DNA of 64,000 nt from contig JBIIUM010000002.1 of NCBI GenBank assembly GCA_044339985.1, positions 4,484 to 68,483 on the forward strand. The letters are read 5' to 3'. Shown one piece after another: positions 9,532 to 19,083 of the stretch. Origin of the DNA: Burkholderiales bacterium (lineage in GTDB: Bacteria > Pseudomonadota > Gammaproteobacteria > Burkholderiales > Ga0077523). The translations under genes were made by a program, and so were the position numbers. The notes under the pieces were generated by a model. The model ran no database searches, was not told the DNA's origin, and worked only from the letters and a program-made list of their open reading frames with translations. How positions within the stretch are numbered: the stretch's first letter is position 1; every line of letters begins with the position of its first letter.

Positions 9532-10004
9532 TCCCGCATCTGGCACGCGGCCTTGCAGCCGCCACGTTGCTCGCCCTGTTCGCGGGCGACGTGGCGGGTG
9601 GTGATGCCGGCGACGGCAGGCAATTGCGTCGGGCGCTCGCTCCGGCGCAGCCTGCCGTGGCGGTTACGGGTGAATCCGGCAACCAGCGTCTCGAGTTCGA
9701 CTTCGGGCGCGATCGCGGCAACGCATGGGTGGCCCGCAAGGGCGAGCTGTACGTGGAAGCCTGGGTGCAGCACCGCGGCCTGCTGTGCGCCACCTACGAG
9801 GTGGGCGTACGGTTCGGCGAGGGTCAGCCGGGCTGCACCGACGTGCGCTGGCTCGTGCCGCCCCGCTGGGTGACGAGCCTGCGCCAGTGCAACAACGCCG
9901 TGGTGAAGCACGCCGGCAACGACACCGATGCCGAACTGCCCGCGGTGTTCGAGCGCATCACCTGCGCCGAGCGGCTGATCCAGTGCGTCTCCGGCCGCTG
10001 CTGA
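9528..10004 (+). CDS. hypothetical Cys-rich secreted protein (start uncertain; no in-frame ATG/GTG near 5' end)
   Basis: This is the 3' part of ORF 9150..10004. It has high GC3 and realistic composition (W, Y, K, N, E), a hydrophobic N-terminus ARGLAAATLLALFAG and six Cys. Candidate starts are CTG 9528 (CTGA overlap with the pncA stop), CTG 9540 and TTG 9561. Confidence 0.45.
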   Translation: MIPHLARGLAAATLLALFAGDVAGGDAGDGRQLRRALAPAQPAVAVTGESGNQRLEFDFGRDRGNAWVARKGELYVEAWVQHRGLLCATYEVGVRFGEGQPGCTDVRWLVPPRWVTSLRQCNNAVVKHAGNDTDAELPAVFERITCAERLIQCVSGRC

Positions 10005-10050
10005 GGCGGCGGCTGCGCCCGACGCGGTGCCGGCCGCGGCCTCCGCCGCG

Positions 10051-11544
10051 TCAATCCTCCCCGGCCCAGCCCCCCGCACGCTGCAGCGCGCGACGCCACT
10101 GGGCCTCGAGCACCGCCACCTGGCGGGCGGGCATGGCGGGTTCGAACCGGCGCCCCGCGCGCCAGCGCTGGTCCAGCGCCTCGCCGTCGAGCCACAGGCC
10201 CACGCCCTGGCCGGCCAGCAACGCCGCTCCCAGCGCCGTGGACTCGGCATGGGCCGCCTGCACCACCGGGACTCCCAGCACGTCGGCCTGCAGCTGCATG
10301 AGCAGCGCGTTGGCGGAGGCGCCGCCGTCCACGCGCAGTTCCGGAATCGCGAGCCCGGTGTCGGCTTGCATGGCCTTCACGATGTCGGCGGTCTGCAGGG
10401 CGATGGCCTCGAGGGTCGCGCGCGCCACGTGGCCGCGGGTGGTGCCCCGGGTGATGCCGCACAGCGTGCCGCGCGCGTGCGGATCCCAGTGCGGCGCGCC
10501 AAGGCCGGTGAAGGCCGGCACGAAACTCACCCCGCCGTTGTCCGCAACCGAGGCGGCCAGGCCCTCCACCTCGGCGGCGCTGGAGATCAGCCCCAGGCCG
10601 TCGCGCAGCCATTGCACCGCTGCGCCGGCCACGAACACGCTGCCCTCCAGGGCGTACTCGGCGTGCCCGCCGCGCTGCCATGCCACCGTGGACACCAGGC
10701 GGCTGGCCGAGTCCACCGGGCGCTCGCCGGTATGCATCAGCAGGAAGCAGCCGGTGCCGTAGGTGTTCTTCACCATGCCCGGACGCACGCAGCGCTGGCC
10801 GAACAGCGCCGCCTGCTGGTCACCCGCCATGCCGGCCAGGGGAATGGGCGCGCCGAGCAGGTCCGCGTCGGTCTCGGCCACCACGCCCGAGGAGTCCACC
10901 ACCCGTGGCAGCAGCGCGGCGGGCACCCCGAGGACCTCCAGGAGATCGGGGCTCCACTGGCGGGCGTGCAGGTCGTACAGCAGCGTGCGGGACGCATTGG
11001 AGGCATCGCTGACGTGGGCGCGCCCGCCCGTGAGCTTCCAGGCGAGCCACGCGTCCACCGTGCCGAAGGCGAGCTCGCCGCGCTCGGCGCGCACCCGCGC
11101 CCCGGGCACGTGATCCAGCAGCCACGCCACCTTGGTGCCGGAGAAGTAGGCGTCCAGCACCAGGCCCGTGCGCGACCGGAACAGCGGCTCATGGCCCGCG
11201 GCGCGCAGGCGCTCGCAGTGCCCGGCGGTGCGCCGGTCCTGCCAGACGATGGCGTTGGCCAGCGGACGGCCGGAAGCGCGATCCCACAGCACCGTGGTTT
11301 CGCGCTGGTTGGTGATGCCGATGGCGGCCACCTCGGCCGCGGTGATGCCGGCGCCCTGCAGCGCCTCGCGGGCCGTGGCGAGCTGGGTGGTCCACAGGAT
11401 CTCCGGGTCCTGCTCCACCCACCCGGGGTGGGGATAGAGGGCGGGCAGCTCGCGCTGGGCCGTGGCGCGCACCGCGCCCTGGTGGTCGAACACCAGGGCG
11501 CGGGAACTGGTGGTGCCCTGGTCGAGGGCGAGAATGTGGGGCAT
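10051..11544 (-). CDS. glpK: glycerol kinase
   Basis: The ATG at 11544 gives [20 protein letters not shown]...GWVEQDP...[13 protein letters not shown]...IVWQDRRT, a canonical 497-aa GlpK. The upstream part of ORF 10051..11853 is an extension. Confidence 0.95.
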   Translation of the reverse strand: MPHILALDQGTTSSRALVFDHQGAVRATAQRELPALYPHPGWVEQDPEILWTTQLATAREALQGAGITAAEVAAIGITNQRETTVLWDRASGRPLANAIVWQDRRTAGHCERLRAAGHEPLFRSRTGLVLDAYFSGTKVAWLLDHVPGARVRAERGELAFGTVDAWLAWKLTGGRAHVSDASNASRTLLYDLHARQWSPDLLEVLGVPAALLPRVVDSSGVVAETDADLLGAPIPLAGMAGDQQAALFGQRCVRPGMVKNTYGTGCFLLMHTGERPVDSASRLVSTVAWQRGGHAEYALEGSVFVAGAAVQWLRDGLGLISSAAEVEGLAASVADNGGVSFVPAFTGLGAPHWDPHARGTLCGITRGTTRGHVARATLEAIALQTADIVKAMQADTGLAIPELRVDGGASANALLMQLQADVLGVPVVQAAHAESTALGAALLAGQGVGLWLDGEALDQRWRAGRRFEPAMPARQVAVLEAQWRRALQRAGGWAGED

Positions 11545-11638
11545 GTTCGCTGTGTTAGAGTCGGACGCATCCAATGGGACGCGGGCTGCACGACCGCGGC
11601 CCGCGTCCGATCCTAGTGCGCCCAGCCGCCAATTCCAA

Positions 11639-12658
11639 ATGCATCCCGAGGCGTCACCCGACGCCGTCTTCCGTCCGGCGCTCGAGCGCATGGGACTGCT
11701 CGCCCCGGGCGAGTCCCTGACCCTGGAGCCGCTGACCGGCGGCGTTTCCTCCGACATCTTCCGGGCGCGTCTGCCGCGCGGCAACGTGTGCGTGAAGCGC
11801 GCACTGTCGCGGCTGCGGGTGCAGGCCGACTGGCGGGCGCCGGTGGAGCGCAACCGCTACGAAGTGGCCTGGATGCGCACCGCCGCCGAGGTAGCCCCGG
11901 AGGCGGTGCCGGCGATCCTCGGCGAGGACTCGCAAAGCGGCTGCTTCGCCATGCAGTGGCTCGATCCCGACAACCACCCGGTGTGGAAGCACCAGTTGCG
12001 CGACGGCATCCTGGACGGCCACACCGCCCGCGAGGTGGGCCGCCGCCTGGCCGCGATTCACGCCCACACCGCTGGCCGGGCCGCGGTAGCGGAGGCCTTC
12101 GACACCGAGCGCATCTTCGTGCCCATCCGCATCGAGCCCTACCTGCTCGCCACGGCGCGTGCCCACCCCGAGCATGCCTCGGCCCTGGAGCAGCTGGCCG
12201 AAACCACCCGCACCACGCGCCTCGCGCTGGTGCACGGCGACGTAAGCCCGAAGAACATCCTGGTGGGCCCCCGCGGACCTGTGTTCCTCGACGCCGAGTG
12301 CGCGTGGTACGGCGACCCGGCCTTCGACCTGGCCTTCTGCCTCAACCACCTGCTGCTCAAGTGCGTGTGGCGGCCGCAGTGGTGGGCGCAGTACCTGCAC
12401 GCCTACACGGCGCTGTTCGAAACCTACCTGGCCGGCGTCACGTGGGAGCCGCCCGCGGCCGTGGAGGCCCGGGCGGCGCGGCTGCTGCCCGGTCTCTTCC
12501 TGGCCCGCGTGGACGGCAAGTCCCCGGTGGAATACATCCAGGCCGACGCCGACCGCCACAAGGTGCGCCGCGTGGCTGGCGCCCTGCTGCGGGTGCCGCC
12601 CCACCGTCTCGGCGCGGTGCGCGAGGCGTGGCGCGCGGAAATTGCCCGATGGCGATGA
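11639..12658 (+). CDS. APH-fold phosphotransferase, methylthioribose-kinase (MtnK)-like
   Basis: The ATG at 11639 lies in ORF 11462..12658. It has the Brenner motif [13 protein letters not shown] and [18 protein letters not shown], which matches the MtnK pattern D-x-E-x-A-x-YG-x3-FD. There is also a glycine-rich N-terminus [10 protein letters not shown]. Confidence 0.8.
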   Translation: MHPEASPDAVFRPALERMGLLAPGESLTLEPLTGGVSSDIFRARLPRGNVCVKRALSRLRVQADWRAPVERNRYEVAWMRTAAEVAPEAVPAILGEDSQSGCFAMQWLDPDNHPVWKHQLRDGILDGHTAREVGRRLAAIHAHTAGRAAVAEAFDTERIFVPIRIEPYLLATARAHPEHASALEQLAETTRTTRLALVHGDVSPKNILVGPRGPVFLDAECAWYGDPAFDLAFCLNHLLLKCVWRPQWWAQYLHAYTALFETYLAGVTWEPPAAVEARAARLLPGLFLARVDGKSPVEYIQADADRHKVRRVAGALLRVPPHRLGAVREAWRAEIARWR

Positions 12659-12779
12659 GCGAGTGCCGCGCCCGCGGCATCACGCGGCGCCCTGCGGCGC
12701 CTGCGCTGCAGGGTGCGAAGTCCGGCAGCGCTTCCGGGCGCGCCCCAGTGCCCCGACCCGCACCACCATCCGAGAGCCC

Positions 12780-14081
12780 ATGAGCCACACAGCCATCCAT
12801 ACCGTCACCGCCCACCGCGTGTGGGACTCCCGCGGCCGGCCCACGGTGGAAGCCGAAGTGCGCCTCGCCGGCGGCGCCACCGGCCGCGCCATCGCGCCCG
12901 CGGGCGCCTCGCGCGGCAGCCGCGAGGCCGTGGACCTGCGCGACGGCGGCGAGCGGCTGGGCGGCTTCGGCGTGTCGCGGGCGGTGGAGGCGGTGAACGG
13001 CGAGATCGCCAACCGCCTGGCGGGCATGAACGCCGCCGACCAGGCTGCGGTGGATGCCGCGCTGATCGCGCTGGACGGAACCCCCGACAAGGCGCGCCTC
13101 GGCGGCAACGCCACCATCGCCGTGTCCATGGCGGTGCTGCACGCGGCCGCGGCCGCCCACGGGCTGCCGCTGTACGCCTACCTGGCGGGCGGGCGCGAGG
13201 TGCGGCTTCCCTTGCCTGAAATCCAGATCTTCGGTGGTGGCGCCCACGCCGGGCGACGGGTGGACATCCAGGACTTCATGGTGATGCCCCTGGGCGCCGC
13301 AAGCTTCGACGAGGCGCTGGCCATGACGGCCGAGGTGTACCTGGCCGCGGGCCGGCTCATGGCCGAGGCGGGCAAGCTGGCGGGAGTCGCGGATGAAGGC
13401 GGTTTCTGGCCAGCCTTCGATTCCAACGAGGAGGCGCTGTCCATGCTCACCCGCGCCATCGAGAAGGCCGGCTACCGGCCGGGAGACCAGGTGGCCATCT
13501 CGCTGGACGTGGCCGCCTCGGAGTTCGGGCGCGACGGCCGCTACACGCTCGGGCTGGAGCGGCGCACCCTGGACCGCGACGCCATGATCCGCATGCTCGA
13601 GGACTGGTGCCGGCGCTACCCGGTGGCCTCGGTGGAGGATCCGCTGGCCGAGGACGATGCCGAGGGCATGCGCGCCTTCACCGCGGCGCTGGGCGGGCGC
13701 ATCCAGGTGATCGGCGACGACTACCTGGTCACCAGCGCCGCGCGCGTGCGCGAGGCCGCCGCGCAGCGCGCCTGCAATGCCGTGCTCATCAAGCCCAACC
13801 AGGCCGGCACCGTCACCGAGACCCGCCAGGCGCTGGAGGCCGGCAAGGCGGCCGGTTTCGGCACCATCGTCTCGGCGCGATCCGGCGAGACCGAGGACGT
13901 GACCATTGTCCACCTGGCCGCGGGCTGGGACGCGGGCCAGCTCAAGGTGGGCTCCTTCGCACGTTCCGAGCGCATGGCCAAGTGGAACGAGGGCCTGCGC
14001 ATCGAGCAGGCGCTGGGCAGCCTGGGCAGCTTCGCGGGCCGTGCCGTTCTGCCGCAGGGGGCGGGCGCCCTGCTGCCTTGA
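12780..14081 (+). CDS. enolase-family protein (divergent paralogue of phosphopyruvate hydratase)
   Basis: The ATG at 12780 gives a 433-aa protein that aligns by eye to enolase throughout: DSRGRPTVEAEV, GASRGSREAVDLRDG, VADEGG, SLDVAASEF, SVEDPL, IGDDYLVT, LIKPNQAGT, SARSGETED, QLKVGSFARSERMAKWN. Confidence 0.85.
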   Translation: MSHTAIHTVTAHRVWDSRGRPTVEAEVRLAGGATGRAIAPAGASRGSREAVDLRDGGERLGGFGVSRAVEAVNGEIANRLAGMNAADQAAVDAALIALDGTPDKARLGGNATIAVSMAVLHAAAAAHGLPLYAYLAGGREVRLPLPEIQIFGGGAHAGRRVDIQDFMVMPLGAASFDEALAMTAEVYLAAGRLMAEAGKLAGVADEGGFWPAFDSNEEALSMLTRAIEKAGYRPGDQVAISLDVAASEFGRDGRYTLGLERRTLDRDAMIRMLEDWCRRYPVASVEDPLAEDDAEGMRAFTAALGGRIQVIGDDYLVTSAARVREAAAQRACNAVLIKPNQAGTVTETRQALEAGKAAGFGTIVSARSGETEDVTIVHLAAGWDAGQLKVGSFARSERMAKWNEGLRIEQALGSLGSFAGRAVLPQGAGALLP

Positions 14082-14983
14082 CCCAGCATCCTGCCCATCG
14101 CCACTTCCTGCGCGGCGTGGCGCTGATGATGACCGCGGTGCTCATGTTCTCGGCCATGGACACCCTGGCCAAGCTGACGGTGCGCCACTACCCGCTGGGC
14201 AGCCTCATCTGGTTCCGCTACGTCATCCACCTGGCCTTCATGCTGCTGCTGCTCGCGCCGCGCATGGGCATCGGGCTGGTGAAGACGGCGCGCCCCGGGC
14301 TACAGCTGCTGCGCGGCGCGCTGCTGGTGGGCTCCACCGCCTTCTTCTACCTGTCGCTGCGCTACCTGCCGCTGGCGGAAGCCGCGGCCATCAGCTTCAT
14401 CGGACCCGTGCTCACCACCGTCCTGTCGGGCCCGCTGCTGGGAGAGAAGGTGTCGCGCCGGCAGTGGGGCGCGGTGAGCCTGGGCTTCGCGGGCGTGCTG
14501 GTGATCGTGCGGCCGGGCGGCGGGGTGTTTGCGCTGCAGGCCGTGTTTCCCCTGGCCACCGCGCTGTGCTTCAGCCTCTACCAGATCGTCACCCGCCAGG
14601 TGGCGGGACGCGAGAATCCCATGACCACCCTGTTCTACACGGCGCTGGTGGGGGCGGGCCTGACCAGCCTCGCCCTGCCCCTGTCCTGGCAGACGCCCAC
14701 CCCAGCGCAGTTCGGCACCATGGTGGCCATCGGACTGCTGGGCGGCGCGGGCCACTTCCTGCTGATCCGCGCCGTTTCCCACGCTTCGCCCATGGCGCTG
14801 GCGCCCTTCGCCTATTCGCAGCTGGTATGGTCCACGCTGCTGGGCTGGATCGCCTTCGGCGACTTTCCCGACGGCGGCTCGCTGCTAGGCATGCTCATCG
14901 TGATCGCCGCCGGGCTGCTGGCGGTGAACTGGCGCCACATGCGCCGCCGCAACGACGCCATCCACCAGGTGCAGGAGCACTGA
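14078..14983 (+). CDS. DMT superfamily (EamA-type) transporter
   Basis: About 10 predicted TM segments and two EamA-like halves. TTG at 14078 overlaps the enolase TGA (TTGA); an alternative ATG lies at 14126. Confidence 0.8.
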   Translation: MTQHPAHRHFLRGVALMMTAVLMFSAMDTLAKLTVRHYPLGSLIWFRYVIHLAFMLLLLAPRMGIGLVKTARPGLQLLRGALLVGSTAFFYLSLRYLPLAEAAAISFIGPVLTTVLSGPLLGEKVSRRQWGAVSLGFAGVLVIVRPGGGVFALQAVFPLATALCFSLYQIVTRQVAGRENPMTTLFYTALVGAGLTSLALPLSWQTPTPAQFGTMVAIGLLGGAGHFLLIRAVSHASPMALAPFAYSQLVWSTLLGWIAFGDFPDGGSLLGMLIVIAAGLLAVNWRHMRRRNDAIHQVQEH

Positions 14984-14985
14984 AC

Positions 14986-15420
14986 ATGGAACGCCCCACG
15001 CCCGAGGCGCGCAGCGCCTATCGCTACTTCCGCGCCATCACCACGCGCTGGATGGACAACGACGTCTACGCCCACGTGAACAACGTGGTGTACTACTCGT
15101 GGTTCGACACGGTGGTGAACCAGTACCTGATGGAAGCCGGCGCGCTTCACCTCGAGCATAGCCCGGTGATCGGCCTGGTGGTGGAGACGCGCTGCAGCTA
15201 CTTCTCGCCGGTGGCGTTTCCCGACGTGATCCACGCGGGGCTGCGGGTGGCGCGGCTGGGCGCCAGCAGCGTGCGCTACGAGGTGGGGCTGTTCCGCAAC
15301 GACGACCCGCTGGCCTCCGCCCAGGGGCACTTCGTGCACGTATACGTGGACCGCGCGGCGCGCAAGCCGGTGCCGCTGCCCCCGAGGCTGCGCGAGGCGC
15401 TCGCGCCGCTGGTCGCCTGA
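14986..15420 (+). CDS. acyl-CoA thioesterase, 4HBT/YbgC-like hotdog fold
   Basis: The ATG at 14986 is 2 nt after the transporter stop. The 144-aa product carries TRWMDNDVYAHVNNVVYYSWFD, the typical 4HBT N-terminal catalytic region. Confidence 0.8.
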   Translation: MERPTPEARSAYRYFRAITTRWMDNDVYAHVNNVVYYSWFDTVVNQYLMEAGALHLEHSPVIGLVVETRCSYFSPVAFPDVIHAGLRVARLGASSVRYEVGLFRNDDPLASAQGHFVHVYVDRAARKPVPLPPRLREALAPLVA

Positions 15421-15448
15421 CGCCGCGCGGCGCGCACGCCGGGGCGCC

Positions 15449-16456
15449 TCAGGACGCCGTGATGCGCCCGAAGAACGGATAACGCGGATCGTTGTACCCC
15501 GGCGTGGACGGGTGCCCGGGCCGCACCAGCGAATCGATCAGTGCCTCGTCCTCGGCATCCAGCCCCCGCTCCAGCGCGCCGTAGTAGTCGTTCCACTGCC
15601 CCAGCGTCCTCGGCCCGCCGATCACGCTGGTGACGAGGCGGTTTGCCAGCACCCAGGCGGTGGCGAACTGGCCGGCGGTGAACCCCCTGCGCTCGGCGTG
15701 CGCCTTGATCTTCTGGGCCATTTCCAGGGATTCGGGGCGGAACTCCGTCTCCATCATGCGCTTGTCTGCGCGGCCGGCGCGCGTGTCCTCGGGAGGGGCC
15801 GCCCCGGGCTGGTACTTGCCGGTGAGCACCCCGCGGGCGATGGGGCTGTAGGGCACCACGCCGATGCCGTGGTGGCCGCAGGCGGGAAGGATCTCCACCT
15901 CGGGCATGCGGTTCATGGCGTTGTAGTAGGGCTGGCACACCACGGGAGGCGGTACGCCCAGGTCGCGGCAGGTGTGCACCACTTCCGAGATGCGCCAGCC
16001 GCGGTAGTTGGAGATGCCGAAGTAGCGGATCTTGCCGGCGCGGATCAGCTCGCCCATGGCGCCCACGGTCTCCGCGAGGGGAATGTCGGGGAAGTCCAGG
16101 TGCAGGTAGTAGATGTCCACGTAGTCGGTGGCGAGCCGCACGAGGCTCGCGTCCACCGCCTGGTGGATCCACTTGCGCGACAGCCCCTGCTCGTTGGGAC
16201 CGTCGCCCATGGCGTTGCCCACCTTGGTGGCGAGCACCCAGCGGTGGCGATTGCCCGAGATGAGCCTGCCGGTGATGCGCTCGGACTCGCCCCGGGCGTA
16301 CTGGTCGGCCGTGTCGATGAAGTTCACGCCATGGTCGTAGGCCGAGGCGACGATGCGGCCGGCCTCGGTGATGTCGGTGCGGTCGCCGAACATCATGGTG
16401 CCCAGGCACAGCGGCGAGACCTTCAGCCCGCTGGCCCCGAGTGCGCGGTATTCCAT
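15449..16456 (-). CDS. aldo/keto reductase
   Basis: 335-aa ORF starting MEYRALGASGLKVSPLCLGTMMFG...GVNFIDTADQYARGESE, with AKR family signatures. Confidence 0.9.
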   Translation of the reverse strand: MEYRALGASGLKVSPLCLGTMMFGDRTDITEAGRIVASAYDHGVNFIDTADQYARGESERITGRLISGNRHRWVLATKVGNAMGDGPNEQGLSRKWIHQAVDASLVRLATDYVDIYYLHLDFPDIPLAETVGAMGELIRAGKIRYFGISNYRGWRISEVVHTCRDLGVPPPVVCQPYYNAMNRMPEVEILPACGHHGIGVVPYSPIARGVLTGKYQPGAAPPEDTRAGRADKRMMETEFRPESLEMAQKIKAHAERRGFTAGQFATAWVLANRLVTSVIGGPRTLGQWNDYYGALERGLDAEDEALIDSLVRPGHPSTPGYNDPRYPFFGRITAS

Positions 16457-16566
16457 GGAATCCTCCCGTTTCGATTCGAGTCTGCGCGCCGGCTCCCGCG
16501 GCGCTGGCCGGCGATGATGCCATGGCGAGCGCCTACAATCGCGCCATCCAGTGCCAAGGAGATGCC

Positions 16567-17568
16567 ATGAGCGCCGTGCCCGCCACCATGACCGTCATCG
16601 AGATCGCCAGCCCGGGCGGCCCGGAGGTCCTGAAGCCCGCCACCCGGCCGGTGCCGGCGCCCGGCCCGGGCGAGGTGCTGATCCGCGTGGAAGCAGCCGG
16701 CGTCAACCGGCCCGACGTGCTGCAGCGCCTGGGCCTGTACCGCCCGCCTCCGGGGGCCTCGGACCTGCCCGGGCTCGAGGTGGCCGGCACCGTGGCGGCC
16801 ATCGGCGCGGAGGTGTCGGGGGTCGCGCCGGGAGACCGCGTGTGCGCCCTCACGCCCGGCGGCGGCTACGCGCAGTACTGCATCGCCCCGGCGGGTCACT
16901 GCCTGCCCTGGCCGGCGGGATTCGACGCCGTGCGGGCGGCAGCGCTGCCGGAGACCTTCTTCACCGTGTGGATCAACGTGTTTCAGCGCGCCGGGCTGGC
17001 TGCGGGAGAGACCCTGCTGGTGCAGGGCGGCTCGAGCGGCATCGGCACCACGGCCATCCAGCTGGCGGCCGCCCGGGGCCACCGGGTGTTCGCCACGGCG
17101 GGCAGCGACGAAAAGTGCCGCGCCTGCGAACGGCTCGGGGCCGAGCGGGGCATCAACTACCGCACGGAGGATTTCGTGGCGGTGGCGAAGTCCCTCACCG
17201 GCGGGCGCGGCGTGGACGTGATCCTGGACATGGTGGGCGGCGACTACGTGCCGCGCGAGCTCAAGGCCCTGGCCGACGACGGGCGCCTGTCGCTCATCGC
17301 CTTCCTCGGCGGCACCCAGGCCACCCTGGACATGAGCGACATCCTGTTCCGCCGGCTGACCATCACCGGCTCGACGCTGCGGCCGCGCAGCGTGGTCTTC
17401 AAGAGCGCCGTGGCGGAGGCGCTGCATGAACAGGTCTGGCCGCTGCTGGACGCCGGACGGGTGGCGCCGGTGATCCACGCCGAGTTTCCGCTGGAACACG
17501 CCGCCCAGGCGCACACGCTCATGGAGAGCAGTGCCCATGTGGGCAAGATCGTGCTGCGGGTGCCCTGA
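16567..17568 (+). CDS. NAD(P)H:quinone oxidoreductase, zinc-independent MDR (Qor/PIG3-like)
   Basis: The ATG at 16567 is preceded by AAGGAG (16555-16560). It has EVLIRVEAAGVNRPD, PGLEVAGTV and the nucleotide motif VQGGSSGIG. Confidence 0.85.
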   Translation: MSAVPATMTVIEIASPGGPEVLKPATRPVPAPGPGEVLIRVEAAGVNRPDVLQRLGLYRPPPGASDLPGLEVAGTVAAIGAEVSGVAPGDRVCALTPGGGYAQYCIAPAGHCLPWPAGFDAVRAAALPETFFTVWINVFQRAGLAAGETLLVQGGSSGIGTTAIQLAAARGHRVFATAGSDEKCRACERLGAERGINYRTEDFVAVAKSLTGGRGVDVILDMVGGDYVPRELKALADDGRLSLIAFLGGTQATLDMSDILFRRLTITGSTLRPRSVVFKSAVAEALHEQVWPLLDAGRVAPVIHAEFPLEHAAQAHTLMESSAHVGKIVLRVP

Positions 17569-17606
17569 AGCAGGCAATGGGCCGCGGGGCTCGCGGGTGA
17601 AGCGCC

Positions 17607-18140
17607 TCAGCCGGTCTGCCGGCTGCGTGCCGGCAGGGGTTCGTTCGTTTTCCAGCTGGGGCCCGGGTGCGCCGCGATGAAGCGTGCCAGTTCGGTGAGC
17701 GCCAGCTGATAGACCTCGCGCTTGAAATCCACCACGGCCTCCAGGGGCACCCAGTAGTCGGTCCAGCGCCACGCGTCGAACTCGGGTTTGTCCGAGCGCC
17801 GCAAGCTGACGTTGCAGTCCTGTCCTACCAAGCGCAACAGGTACCAGATCTGTTTCTGGCCGCGGTAGTGGGCGCGCCCTTCGCGACGGGTCCAGTGATG
17901 CGGCACGTCGTAGCGCAACCATTCCCGCGTACGCCCCAGGATGCGCACGTGCCCCGGATCGAGGCCCACTTCCTCGCGCAACTCGCGGTACATGGCCTGC
18001 TCGGGGGTCTCGCCCACCTGGATGCCGCCCTGCGGAAATTGCCACGCGTGCTCACGCACCCGCTTGCCCCAGAACACTTCGTTGCGCGTGTTGACCAGAA
18101 CGATACCCACGTTGGGCCGGTAGCCGTCTCGGTCGATCAT
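17607..18140 (-). CDS. rppH: RNA pyrophosphohydrolase
   Basis: 177-aa ORF starting [15 protein letters not shown]...[28 protein letters not shown], which contains the Nudix box. The RppH family N-terminus is present, and the gene is adjacent to proS as in many proteobacteria. Confidence 0.9.
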   Translation of the reverse strand: MIDRDGYRPNVGIVLVNTRNEVFWGKRVREHAWQFPQGGIQVGETPEQAMYRELREEVGLDPGHVRILGRTREWLRYDVPHHWTRREGRAHYRGQKQIWYLLRLVGQDCNVSLRRSDKPEFDAWRWTDYWVPLEAVVDFKREVYQLALTELARFIAAHPGPSWKTNEPLPARSRQTG

Positions 18141-18243
18141 GATGCCGGTCTCGATAAGGTGTTTTCGCCCGATTTTTTCACAAAAACGCCTTGCCGAGGA
18201 GGACAGCGCGCCGCCCCATGCGGGCGGCAGCGGGGCTGTGCGC

Positions 18244-19032
18244 TCAGACGATCAGTCGGTGGGAGGTGTGCGCGTTCATTTCCGACAGGCGGGTCACGAA
18301 GGATGGGAATTCCAGCCCATGGGCCGCCTCCAACTGCCTTGCACGCAAGCGCAACGCCTCCCAGCGAGATGCCTCCGGGGTGCGGCGAAACGCAAACACC
18401 GCCACGTTGCCGCGGCGCTCGGCCGGCAGGCACAGCACGCGTCCGTCGAAGACCTTCTCCACGCGCTGCAGGAAACCAACGAAGCGTTGGTCCGAGCTCC
18501 AGAGGTTGAGCACGAGCACGCCATCTCGGTCGAGCGCTGCCGCGCAATCGCCGTAGAAAGCCTCCGAGGCCAGCGCCTCCACTTGCGACTGTCCATCGAA
18601 GGCATCCACCATGAGCACATCGCAGGATGCCTCGGGCCGCCGGACCCACTCGCCGCCGTCGCCAAGCATGATCCTCAGACGGGTGTCGTCATCGGGGACA
18701 TCGAAAAGCTGGCGCGCCACGCGGATCACCTCGGCGCTGTTTTCCACCACCGTTACACGCGCCTGGGGCAGCCGGTGATAGGCAAACTTGGCAAGTGACC
18801 CGCCGCCCAGCCCCACCATGAACAGATGCCGGGGATTCGGGTGGAACAGCAGGAAGCCCATCATGGCGCGGGTGTAGGACAGCACCAACTGCACCGGATC
18901 GGAAAGGCGCATGGTGCTCTGAACGGTATCGGACCCCAGGTGCAAGGAGCGCAGCCCGTCGCGCTCGCTGACCTGAACCGGTGCCTCCGCGCGCCGGGCG
19001 CGGTATGGGCGAAATCGCGAAAGCACACTCAT
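18244..19032 (-). CDS. spermidine synthase-like (polyamine aminopropyltransferase fold) protein
   Basis: 262-aa ORF with methyltransferase-fold motif [13 protein letters not shown] and [13 protein letters not shown]...DGGEWV, typical of SpeE-like proteins. Confidence 0.7.
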   Translation of the reverse strand: MSVLSRFRPYRARRAEAPVQVSERDGLRSLHLGSDTVQSTMRLSDPVQLVLSYTRAMMGFLLFHPNPRHLFMVGLGGGSLAKFAYHRLPQARVTVVENSAEVIRVARQLFDVPDDDTRLRIMLGDGGEWVRRPEASCDVLMVDAFDGQSQVEALASEAFYGDCAAALDRDGVLVLNLWSSDQRFVGFLQRVEKVFDGRVLCLPAERRGNVAVFAFRRTPEASRWEALRLRARQLEAAHGLEFPSFVTRLSEMNAHTSHRLIV

Positions 19033-19083
19033 TTGAAGGAATTATGGACTGTAAAATAACGACTTTTGTGAAAGTTTCCACCG

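Noticed and set aside
9541-9557. The sigma54-like sequence TGGCAC-GCGGCC-TTGCA just after the pncA stop.
   Set aside because: The GG-to-GC spacing is one nucleotide longer than the strict -24/-12 geometry. The other TGGCAC occurrences in the window (for example near 48676, 48711, 51366 and 62171) lack a TTGC element altogether.
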